A DNA stretch of 64,000 nt, taken from Marine Group III euryarchaeote CG-Epi1. Lineage in GTDB: Archaea; Thermoplasmatota; Poseidoniia; MGIII; CG-Epi1. The stretch is from the NCBI GenBank assembly GCA_001875345.1, contig MIZA01000021.1, positions 6,222 to 70,221 on the forward strand, read 5' to 3'. Below are positions 8,926 to 17,458 of the stretch, piece by piece. A program made the translations under genes and the position numbers. The stretch's first letter is position 1, and each line of letters starts with the position of its first letter. A model generated the notes under the pieces. It ran no database searches and had not been told where the DNA came from. It saw only the letters and a list, made by a program, of their open reading frames with translations.

Positions 8926-9303
8926 TTATATTCCTAAAATTTCTTTAGTCTTCTCTGGATTGTCTGTTGTTAGTGCTACATCAGCAGCATCCATTTCCAT
9001 TTTCATAATGTAAAATGAGATGATGTTAATGCCTGCATCACTCAACTTAGTTGCCATTTTTGCAAGTGCCCCTGGTTCATTTGAAAGTGTTGTCAATAGC
9101 AATTCGTTAGCTTCGAAGTCTCTACCCATATCTTTCAAAACTTTAGCAGTAGCTTCCTCATCATCGGTGACCATTGTTACTGAAGCACTCGAACGACCCA
9201 TGCCTACACAACCAAGAATATTGATTCCATTTTCTCCAACAGCTGATGCGACTTCAGCCAACTCTCCTGGCTTATCAGCCAATGACACATTGAATTCTTG
9301 CAT
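8926..9303 (-). CDS. ACT domain-containing protein (tandem ACT-like, small-molecule binding)
   Basis: The 125 aa product has two beta-alpha-beta-beta-alpha-beta-like halves of the form GxLAxVAxxxGxxGINI. It lies 6 nt upstream of the Smr gene on the same strand. Confidence 0.5.
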   Translation of the reverse strand: MQEFNVSLADKPGELAEVASAVGENGINILGCVGMGRSSASVTMVTDDEEATAKVLKDMGRDFEANELLLTTLSNEPGALAKMATKLSDAGINIISFYIMKMEMDAADVALTTDNPEKTKEILGI

Positions 9304-9334
9304 AATATTTCCCTATCAAGGGGATATATATGTA

Positions 9335-11161
9335 TTATGCTCTTCTAGATCTGGAAATTGTGACTAATAGAAGCGAGAACACAACAAACGCAAATGAAAA
9401 GCCTGGAGTATCTTCACTTTTAGAAGGGAGTGCTTCTCCTATATTCAAAGCAATTGTTAACGGTGCACTTATTCCCTCGGAACTAATTGCCCTAACCCAA
9501 ATAGTATGATTTCCTTTTCCAAGTTGAGTTTGCATAACATCTATCTTATCTATAGAATCAACAGTATGCCAAATATCTTCAATGAGAACATCTCTCCATT
9601 CAATATTGGAAATGTTACCCTCTGTAACAAATTCTAAATTTTGATTTTCATAAACGAAAAATCTAGACGCAGTGTCGTTACCACCATCTGTTTCATTACC
9701 TTCGTAGTAAATAACAGAAGTATCTGCACTCAAATTAATCGAAAGACTAGCATCATATTGAATTGCTTCTTCCAATGCTGCATCCATTAAAACAAATCCC
9801 CAACCGTAATCATTGTTTGGCCTTACAGGATGACTCAACCATCTGTATTCAGCAGTTGATTCCAAAATACTTCGAACCATCAAAGGCTGTAGGTCTGGAT
9901 TTGCTTGAAGAAGTAGAGCTGCCATTCCTGCAACCATGGGTGTAGCCATACTTGTTCCGGAATAGGATGCATAGCCGTTTCCACTGTTTGCTTCAACCGA
10001 CATTACTGCAGAACCGATTGCAGCTACATTAGGCTTAATTTGGCCTTCATGAGTTGGACCCTTACTTGAATAAACTGCTAATTCTTTGCTATCTTCTGTA
10101 GAACCTACAGTTATGACATCCTTAGCTGCACCAGGTGTACCTATTGTTCCGTAACCACCGCTGTTACCTGCTGCTATCATTAACGAAATCCCCGCTGCTA
10201 CCATCTCATTTGCTAAATGGGTAATACGCTCTTCTTGTTCTTGAGTTAATTCAACTAACCAAACACCACCTAAAGACATAGAGGCTGCACGAATATTGTA
10301 TTTGATTTGATTATCAATAGTCCACTCCATACCCTTCATCACTTCTGCAAAGCTTCCTGAACCTCCACCGTCTAATACCTTGACACCGACTAAAGAGGCA
10401 CCAGGGGCAACTCCTCTGTACGGTGTTGAACCATCACTTAATGGACCTTCACCAACTGCACCAGTTCCTGCTGAAATACCTGCACAATGTGAACCATGGC
10501 CTTGATCATCATATGGCTCTGTTTCACCGCTTCCATCGTCCCCGCTGCCATCTAGCGCATCATAGAATGCAACAACCTTAGGATCTGCAGTTGAAGGATC
10601 ATCATCGAAATCATTCAAACCTACATGTAATGGATCAATACCTGTATCAATAATTGCAATGCTAATTCCTTCTCCGGTATATCCAAAGTCCCAAACTGTA
10701 TCAACATGATGAATGCCTATTGCATTATCCAAAGCAATTTGTAACTCACCATTAAGAGTTAGGAAAACTACTCCTTCAACTTCAAGTAATTCATCTAAAA
10801 GTTCAGTTTTGACCTCACCAGAAATTATTGGAATATGGTGAAAACGCCAAGAAGGCTCAAACCCTACTTCATCAATTAACAATTGTTCGTCTTCTTTAGT
10901 AGGCATGTGATCAAAATCTACTAAAACTGAAATTTTACCATCATAAACATACTTTCCTTGCTCGAGTGCTATATCTAACATATCATGCATGCGATTTTTA
11001 TTCATATCCATTCTAGTATCCTCCCACCATCTATCCTCGTTATTTTCTACTAAGGAAGAGTATGAGACTATCTGAAAATTGTCATCAGATTCGCCTCCAA
11101 ATGACAAAGATGGTTGAAAGCTAACCATAATCGCAAGCATAACTGCTACTAGTGCACGCAT
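9335..11161 (-). CDS. Secreted subtilisin-like serine protease (S8, halolysin-like) with PGF-CTERM archaeal membrane anchor
   Basis: A signal peptide is present. The catalytic triad context is IIDTGID (Asp), HGSHCAG (His) and GTSMATPMVAG (Ser). A C-terminal beta-rich domain follows, ending in PGF + hydrophobic helix + RSRRA, the archaeosortase A recognition tripartite. Confidence 0.85.
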   Translation of the reverse strand: MRALVAVMLAIMVSFQPSLSFGGESDDNFQIVSYSSLVENNEDRWWEDTRMDMNKNRMHDMLDIALEQGKYVYDGKISVLVDFDHMPTKEDEQLLIDEVGFEPSWRFHHIPIISGEVKTELLDELLEVEGVVFLTLNGELQIALDNAIGIHHVDTVWDFGYTGEGISIAIIDTGIDPLHVGLNDFDDDPSTADPKVVAFYDALDGSGDDGSGETEPYDDQGHGSHCAGISAGTGAVGEGPLSDGSTPYRGVAPGASLVGVKVLDGGGSGSFAEVMKGMEWTIDNQIKYNIRAASMSLGGVWLVELTQEQEERITHLANEMVAAGISLMIAAGNSGGYGTIGTPGAAKDVITVGSTEDSKELAVYSSKGPTHEGQIKPNVAAIGSAVMSVEANSGNGYASYSGTSMATPMVAGMAALLLQANPDLQPLMVRSILESTAEYRWLSHPVRPNNDYGWGFVLMDAALEEAIQYDASLSINLSADTSVIYYEGNETDGGNDTASRFFVYENQNLEFVTEGNISNIEWRDVLIEDIWHTVDSIDKIDVMQTQLGKGNHTIWVRAISSEGISAPLTIALNIGEALPSKSEDTPGFSFAFVVFSLLLVTISRSRRA

Positions 11162-11205
11162 AAGTTAGTCAAAGGGTCTGGGATAAAAAATATTCGCAGA
11201 AATAA

Positions 11206-11282
11206 TGGTGGACCCGTCGGGATTTGAACCCGAGGCCTCCTGCTTGCAAAGCAGGCGATCTTCCAGGCTGATCTACGGGCCC
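11206..11282 (-). tRNA. tRNA-Ala (anticodon UGC)
   Basis: The 77 nt cloverleaf read from the minus strand is GGGCCCG-TA-GATC-AGCCTGGAA-GATC-G-CCTGC-TTTGCAA-GCAGG-AGGCC-TCGGG-TTCAAAT-CCCGA-CGGGTCC-A-CCA. It has the G3:U70 alanine identity pair, discriminator A73 and an encoded CCA. Confidence 0.85.
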
Positions 11283-11325
11283 GATATAGTTTAATGGGGG
11301 AAGGGGGACATAAAAACGACTATCA

Positions 11326-13095
11326 CTATTCCCTTACACCGGTTTGAACATTCCAGAGACGATAATAACTTGATTTATTATCTATTAATTGTTCATGCTT
11401 ACCTGACTCTATTACTTTTCCACCATCTAAGACTATTATAGAATCACTATGTCTTATTGTAGATAGCCTGTGAGCAATAACTATAGTCGTTCTATCTTTC
11501 GATATAAAATCTAAAGATTTTTGTAAGGCTTCTTCTGTCTCGTTATCAACCGACGAGGTCGCCTCATCGAGTACTAAAATTGGAGCATCTTTCAGAACTG
11601 CCCTTGCAATCGAAATTCTTTGTCGTTGACCACCAGATAGCTTGTGTCCCCCTTCACCAATCTGAGTCTCGTACCCGTCTGGTAGACTTTCAATGAAGTC
11701 ATGTATTTCAGCAACTTTAGCTGCCTCAATGATATCAGACTCAGAAGGTTCTTTACTACCGTACGCTATATTTTGTAAGACAGAGCCTGGAAACAATGTA
11801 ATTGTTTGAGTGACCAAAGAAATTGAAGACCTTAAATCCTTCAAACTTAATTTTGATATATCATTTCCATCCAAGAAAATATTTCCTAATTTTGGCACAT
11901 GAAATCTCAACAAAAGACGGATGAGTGTCGTCTTACCGCTCCCTGTGGGCCCAACTATGGCTTGAGTAGTGCCTGGTGCAATTTTAAAATCAAAATTATC
12001 TACTACAAGCTCTCTTCCGGGGTAAGAGAAACTAACATTTTCAAAACTAATTTCTCCTTTGACATTAGAAGAATCTAAAGGCAAAGCCCCCTCTTCAATT
12101 CTAATTTCAGTCTCTAATAAATTAAGAACTCTTGTTGTGGAAACCATGGCTCTTTGGTACAAGTCAAAAGTTTCTCCCAACCTAGTTAAAGGCCAAAGAA
12201 GTCTTTGCATCATAAAAATCATAACGCTGTAAGATGCGATAGCCATTTCCCCTTCTAAAGTTATCAAACCACCATGAAGTAACGTGCCTGTAAATCCAAC
12301 AAGAATGGCCATTCGAATTAGTGGAACAAAGGCAGCACTGAGTCTTATTGCGTCTTGATTAGCCTCACGGTAGGCTTGAGATGCTTTTCTAACTCTTTCG
12401 ACTTCAAGCTCTTCAGTTGTGAAACTCTTAATTGTACTAATTCCACTCAAATTATTGGACAACAATGCATTAAGTAAGCCAACTTCTTTCCTCACTTTAG
12501 AATATCTGGGCGCTATTCGAGATTGAAACATAAAGGACCCAATAACAATAACTGGAATTGCTCCAATCGAGTATAGAGCTATTGTAGGTGAAATATAGAA
12601 AAAAATTGCTCCTATTATCACAACAGTAGTACTAACTTGTAGTATTTCATTTGCACCTTTATCCAAAAATCTCTCTAATTGATTAATATCATCATTCAAA
12701 ATTGACATTAATTCCCCTTTAGATTGATCTCCAAACCACTCCATTTCTAAATTCTGAATATGTGAATAAGCATCTAGTCTTAATTCGTGCTGAACTGTCT
12801 GTGCCAAATTACGCCATAATACTCCATAAATATATTCAAATAATGATTCAAAAACCCAGATTATAACTGTTAAAATAGACAACACAATTAATTGTTCCTT
12901 AGGGTCTGAATAACCGAAATCTGACAAAACTGATTCTTCTTGCTTAACTACAACATCTACTGCGGCACCTATCAACAAAGGCGGTGCTAAATCGAATATC
13001 TTATTCAAAATAGAAAATAAGGTAGCTAACCACATTGTAGACCTATGATTTTTTGTGTGGGCTAATAATCTACGAATCGGTACTTGCTCAGTCAT
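11326..13095 (-). CDS. ABC exporter, fused transmembrane domain + ATPase (type B / MsbA-like half transporter)
   Basis: The 589 aa product has an N-terminal 6-TM domain and a C-terminal NBD with GPTGSGKTT, LSGGQRQRISIARA and ILVLDEATSSVD. The start overlaps the upstream OppF-like stop by 4 nt. Confidence 0.8.
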   Translation of the reverse strand: MTEQVPIRRLLAHTKNHRSTMWLATLFSILNKIFDLAPPLLIGAAVDVVVKQEESVLSDFGYSDPKEQLIVLSILTVIIWVFESLFEYIYGVLWRNLAQTVQHELRLDAYSHIQNLEMEWFGDQSKGELMSILNDDINQLERFLDKGANEILQVSTTVVIIGAIFFYISPTIALYSIGAIPVIVIGSFMFQSRIAPRYSKVRKEVGLLNALLSNNLSGISTIKSFTTEELEVERVRKASQAYREANQDAIRLSAAFVPLIRMAILVGFTGTLLHGGLITLEGEMAIASYSVMIFMMQRLLWPLTRLGETFDLYQRAMVSTTRVLNLLETEIRIEEGALPLDSSNVKGEISFENVSFSYPGRELVVDNFDFKIAPGTTQAIVGPTGSGKTTLIRLLLRFHVPKLGNIFLDGNDISKLSLKDLRSSISLVTQTITLFPGSVLQNIAYGSKEPSESDIIEAAKVAEIHDFIESLPDGYETQIGEGGHKLSGGQRQRISIARAVLKDAPILVLDEATSSVDNETEEALQKSLDFISKDRTTIVIAHRLSTIRHSDSIIVLDGGKVIESGKHEQLIDNKSSYYRLWNVQTGVRE

Positions 13096-14120
13096 TGTTG
13101 TCTTACTCTTGCATAGTGTCCATCTGAAATTTGAACAAGTGGAATTACTTCGTTCAAACTTGAACGAACAATATAGTCAATTCCCTTTCCTTCAATTGCA
13201 CTAATTTCCAATTTCTCTTGCTCTGTTATTTCTGTAGCCAATTTAGCTTTTGATTCATCTAAATAATTAATTGGACTTGGAACATCTCCAAGAATCATAA
13301 TTTTATCCTTATTTTTATCAAAACTTGGAGTTGCAGACAAAAGGGCTTTGGTATATGGATGCTGAGGATTAGAAAATAATTCGTCAGTGTCTGCTTCTTC
13401 AACAACCCTACCCAAATACATGACTGCTAAGCGATCACACATGTACTCAATTACTGATAAGTCATGTGAAATGAAAATATAAGTTAAATCATATTTCTTT
13501 TGTAAGTCATTGAGAAGATTAAGAATTTGAGCTTGGACTGACACATCTAAAGCAGAAGTAGGTTCATCTAAAACTAATATTTTTGGATCAAGGGCAAGAG
13601 CTCTAGCAATAACTATCCTCTGTCGCTGACCTCCTGAAAATTCATGTGGATATCTATACAAGTGCTCCTCTCCAAGACCTACATTTTCCAACAACTCAAT
13701 TACTCGCGAACGTACATTATCTGTTTTACCATGTATAACAAGTGGTTCACTCACAATATCTTTAATCAACATTCTCGGGTTCAAAGCCCCCATTGGATCT
13801 TGAAAAACAACTCCAATTTGTTTACGGAAATTACGTAATTCTTCACTAGTTAACTCCTCTAAATTCTTACTACTAAAATTATTCCCTGTAATTTCCTCAG
13901 ATAAGATAACAGAACCTGATGTAGGTTCTACTAGTCTAAGTAAAGTTCGCATCAAGGTAGTTTTTCCACAGCCACTCTCACCAACTATACCAAATGTTTT
14001 TCCAGATTCAATTTTCAAATCCACACCATCTAAAGCCTTCACCAAGGCCACATCAGTTCCCCAGGAATTTTTAACAGGAAAATGCTTCTTCAAATTTTTA
14101 AGTTTTAATATTTCCTTCAT
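13092..14120 (-). CDS. Oligopeptide/dipeptide ABC transporter ATP-binding protein (OppF/DppF-like)
   Basis: Walker A (GESGCGKTT), signature (FSGGQRQRIVIARA) and Walker B (ILVLDEPTSALD) are present. The C-terminal extension is typical of Opp ATPases. Confidence 0.8.
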   Translation of the reverse strand: MKEILKLKNLKKHFPVKNSWGTDVALVKALDGVDLKIESGKTFGIVGESGCGKTTLMRTLLRLVEPTSGSVILSEEITGNNFSSKNLEELTSEELRNFRKQIGVVFQDPMGALNPRMLIKDIVSEPLVIHGKTDNVRSRVIELLENVGLGEEHLYRYPHEFSGGQRQRIVIARALALDPKILVLDEPTSALDVSVQAQILNLLNDLQKKYDLTYIFISHDLSVIEYMCDRLAVMYLGRVVEEADTDELFSNPQHPYTKALLSATPSFDKNKDKIMILGDVPSPINYLDESKAKLATEITEQEKLEISAIEGKGIDYIVRSSLNEVIPLVQISDGHYARVRQQ

Positions 14121-15148
14121 AAGACACTAGTCTCCTCTAGATTAGGAACTTTCAATCTTTCCTTACCACCTTTTGGTATAGCTTCCAACAGGCCTTTAGT
14201 ATAGTCATTCTTTGGATTTGAAAATATTTCTTCTACTGTAGCTTGTTCGACAATTTTACCCTTGTACATGACAGCTACCTTTTCACATGTTTCAGCTACT
14301 ACTCCTAAATCGTGTGTTATCAAAAGAACAGACATATTCTCCTCTTTCTGAATGTCTTTAATTAATTGTAATATTTGGGCTTGAATTGTTACGTCCAATG
14401 CAGTTGTTGGCTCATCTGCAATCAGCATTTTAGCTTTACCTGCTAAAGCCATTGCAATCATTACTCTTTGTTGCATACCTCCACTCAATTCATGAGGATA
14501 GGAATTGGCTATTTGTTCGGGATTAGGCAATTTAACTCTAGACAATGCATCAATTACCATCAAATCTAGTGCAGACGCAGGATTATCTCTCTGCAAGTAA
14601 TCTCTTAGGAACATCAACATAATCACAAATAAGAAAGGTAAAGAAAATCTCCATTGGCCCAACATAACAAACAATGAAATAAAGGATATACAGAATGCCA
14701 TTATTGTGAATTCTACGCCAGGGGAAGCTTTCCATTTTTCACTCTTAAAAGTTGGAATTTCTTTTTCTAATGCTAACTTTTGAAGCTCTGCATTTTGATG
14801 AAGGACTAGAATTTCTCCAATTTGCTCATTAACTGTCATGACTGGATTAAGTGCAGATAAAGGGTCCTGGAAAATGATACCAATCTCACCACCTCTTATT
14901 TCTCTTAGTCTTTCATCAGAAGCATTTGTTATATCTTCTCCATTTAGCTTAATGCTGCCATCAACGACTTCACCAGCCTTTGGAAGTAATTTCAGAGCTG
15001 AATAACAGGTGACAGATTTTCCACTACCTGTTTCTCCTACTAAACCAAATATTTCTCCATCTTCAATTTTAAGATTAACTCCATCTAATGCTTTAACGAC
15101 ACCGTCATAAGTATTGAAATTTGTTTTTAAATTTTCGATTTCTAACAT
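14117..15148 (-). CDS. Oligopeptide/dipeptide ABC transporter ATP-binding protein (OppD/DppD-like) carrying a hydrophobic insertion of about 65 aa
   Basis: Walker A (GETGSGKS), Q-loop (IIFQDP), signature (LSGGMQQRVMIAMA), Walker B (MLIADEPTTALD) and the C-terminal oligopeptide-ATPase tail (FSNPKNDYTKGLL) are present. Residues about 125-190 form an inserted hydrophobic segment (FTIMAFCISFISLFVMLG ... FSLPFLFVIMLMFL). Confidence 0.75.
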   Translation of the reverse strand: MLEIENLKTNFNTYDGVVKALDGVNLKIEDGEIFGLVGETGSGKSVTCYSALKLLPKAGEVVDGSIKLNGEDITNASDERLREIRGGEIGIIFQDPLSALNPVMTVNEQIGEILVLHQNAELQKLALEKEIPTFKSEKWKASPGVEFTIMAFCISFISLFVMLGQWRFSLPFLFVIMLMFLRDYLQRDNPASALDLMVIDALSRVKLPNPEQIANSYPHELSGGMQQRVMIAMALAGKAKMLIADEPTTALDVTIQAQILQLIKDIQKEENMSVLLITHDLGVVAETCEKVAVMYKGKIVEQATVEEIFSNPKNDYTKGLLEAIPKGGKERLKVPNLEETSVL

Positions 15149-17421
15149 TAGTTCCTCTGCTTAGGGTCCAAAATATCCCTAATTCCATCTCCTAAAAGGT
15201 AAAAGCCTAGAGCCCACAAGGCTATGACTAGTCCAGGGAAAAAGAAAGACCACCATTGACCCAGTAAGATATTGTCTTGTCCAAATGAAACAAGTTTACC
15301 CCATTCTGCTAAATCAGGCCCTCCTCCGAATCCTAAAAAGCCTAACGCAGCCAAAGACAATACAATACCTCCCATATCCATAGTAGCAATAACAATTACA
15401 GAGGTAATACAGTTAGGAATGACGTGTTTAAATATTATTCTAAAATCTGAAGCACCTGATGCCTTCGCAGCTTCAATATAGGGCAATTTACGTATTCTGA
15501 GAGCTTCAGCTCTGATAATTCTCGTAAACCCAGGCCACCCCACTATTATGAGAGCGTACATCAACATTTCAATAGAAGTATCCTCAGTAACTGCAATAAT
15601 TGCTAAAGCCAAAACTAAACCAGGGATAGCAATAAAGACATCTGTTATCCTCATTACTATATCATCTACTCTACCTCCATAATATCCAGAAACTGCCCCG
15701 ATTACTACTGCAATAAATGTACCCGTAAATACAACCTTAACTGCAACATCCAGTGAGGTACGGCTTCCCCAAACTATTCCATAATAAATATCGTAACCTC
15801 TGTCAGTACTTCCCAAAATATAACCATCTACTTCACCTGAATCGGCTGTACAAGAAAAATAGCAAGGTGGTTGAAAATTCCTGGGTTGATTGAAAGAAAA
15901 ATGTTCTTCCATTCTCATCGGATCTCTCTGATTTTCTGAAGGCGGTGCAAGCCAAGGTGCAAAAAAGGCAACCGAAATCAAAGATATAACCAAAAAGAGG
16001 CCTAGCATAGTGAGTGGATTCTTTCTGATTTGGTACAGTGTTCTTTTAAATTCATCAAATTTTGGTGTGAGACTGTCTTTCAAATCGTTCCAATTGTATG
16101 CTAGATAACCCAAATAAAAAATAGCTAAAATCATTAAAATAGTCATGAAGAAACCCGATAGTATTGACCAAACTACAAACAAAGTTCCTAATGATAACAA
16201 AAGGAGCCAAAGGTCTTCGGGATTTTTCCAAAATCGTACCCCCATAAAATATAACGAAAACGAAATCAGGGAAACTAGAATAATAACACCAAGTACAACT
16301 GCATAATCTACGCTAAAGTAAGTTGTGACTAAAAGTAATATTGATAGAGAAACTATCACTATCTCTGCTGTACTTGAATGTCCGCTTAATTCAACTCTTG
16401 GATCTAAGAAAGCATACAAAATATCAACAATTAAATTTGCGATTATGTAAAGAAAAGCTGAAAATAAAGTATATGCAAGTATTGCAGATACATCTAAACT
16501 TCGCATTGCTGTAATTGCCCATGCACCCAATCCCGGCCAAGTGAAAATAGTCTCAGTCAATACTGAACCATTAATTAATCCTGCAAATCCCATTCCTAGA
16601 AGCGTTACTGTAGGAATCATTGCATTTGGAGCTCCGTGCTTGTAGGTAATTTGACTTTCAGAAAGGCCCTTAGATTTAGCTGTTCGAATGTAATCTTGAC
16701 CTAAAACATCTAGCATATTTCCTCTCATCAACCGAATAATTGTTGCCATTGAACTATATGCTAAAACGGTAGCTGGAAGTATCATGTGCTTTAAAGCATC
16801 CTTGAAATGAATCCAAGAACCTGCAGCTATAGCATCAAAAAGTAAAAAATTAGTATTCATATCAATAGGATCTTTAATTTCCCAAAGAACTTCATCAAAA
16901 CGCGAAGTAATTGGCCAATTTAATTCAGGAAAATAAACATCAAGAGTTACTGCGAAGAAATATTGAAGAACTAAAGCGAACCAGAAGATTGGTATTGCTG
17001 AACCGGCTAATGCAAATAAACGAATACTATGATCTTCCCATCGATTCTGCCTAATTGACGAAAAAATTCCAAGAGGAATTGCTGTTGCTACAGCAAATAT
17101 AAAAGCTAAAATCGAAAGCTCAAGTGTTGCCGCAAATCTATACCTCAAAGCATCTGATACATCTTCATTTAGAACTTCTGAATAACCCCAATCAAAAGTG
17201 ATTACACTTTTAAGATAAGTAAAATACTGAACATAAATTGGCTCATTAATACCGTGTTTCTCAGCCAACATTTCGTACTGTTCATCAGTAGTTCTTTCGG
17301 TTACGTAAGCAGCTAATGGATCTCCCATGCCATATGACAAGTAAAATGTGATGATAGTAACACCTAGCAAGACCGGAATAGTCAATGCTAATCTTCGGGC
17401 TACATATATCCAAAGTTTCAC
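15148..17421 (-). CDS. Fused oligopeptide ABC permease (OppB-like N-half + OppC-like C-half) with an extra central hydrophobic module
   Basis: The 757 aa product has an N-terminus matching the OppB/DppB leader (MKLWIYVARRLALTIPVLLGVTIITF). The C-half carries the binding-protein-dependent permease EAA-like region (IEAAKASGASDFRIIFKHVIPN). About 140 aa of additional TM helices lie between the halves. Confidence 0.75.
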   Translation of the reverse strand: MKLWIYVARRLALTIPVLLGVTIITFYLSYGMGDPLAAYVTERTTDEQYEMLAEKHGINEPIYVQYFTYLKSVITFDWGYSEVLNEDVSDALRYRFAATLELSILAFIFAVATAIPLGIFSSIRQNRWEDHSIRLFALAGSAIPIFWFALVLQYFFAVTLDVYFPELNWPITSRFDEVLWEIKDPIDMNTNFLLFDAIAAGSWIHFKDALKHMILPATVLAYSSMATIIRLMRGNMLDVLGQDYIRTAKSKGLSESQITYKHGAPNAMIPTVTLLGMGFAGLINGSVLTETIFTWPGLGAWAITAMRSLDVSAILAYTLFSAFLYIIANLIVDILYAFLDPRVELSGHSSTAEIVIVSLSILLLVTTYFSVDYAVVLGVIILVSLISFSLYFMGVRFWKNPEDLWLLLLSLGTLFVVWSILSGFFMTILMILAIFYLGYLAYNWNDLKDSLTPKFDEFKRTLYQIRKNPLTMLGLFLVISLISVAFFAPWLAPPSENQRDPMRMEEHFSFNQPRNFQPPCYFSCTADSGEVDGYILGSTDRGYDIYYGIVWGSRTSLDVAVKVVFTGTFIAVVIGAVSGYYGGRVDDIVMRITDVFIAIPGLVLALAIIAVTEDTSIEMLMYALIIVGWPGFTRIIRAEALRIRKLPYIEAAKASGASDFRIIFKHVIPNCITSVIVIATMDMGGIVLSLAALGFLGFGGGPDLAEWGKLVSFGQDNILLGQWWSFFFPGLVIALWALGFYLLGDGIRDILDPKQRN

Positions 17422-17458
17422 GTCCTGCTAAAGAACGTTTTACTTAAGAATACAGTGT

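Noticed and set aside
11206-11282. Alternative reading of the tRNA as tRNA-Cys(GCA)
   Set aside because: Shifting the anticodon stem by one position gives a GCA anticodon. It breaks standard numbering (7-nt loop with U33), whereas the UGC reading fits a canonical cloverleaf and carries the alanine G3:U70 determinant.
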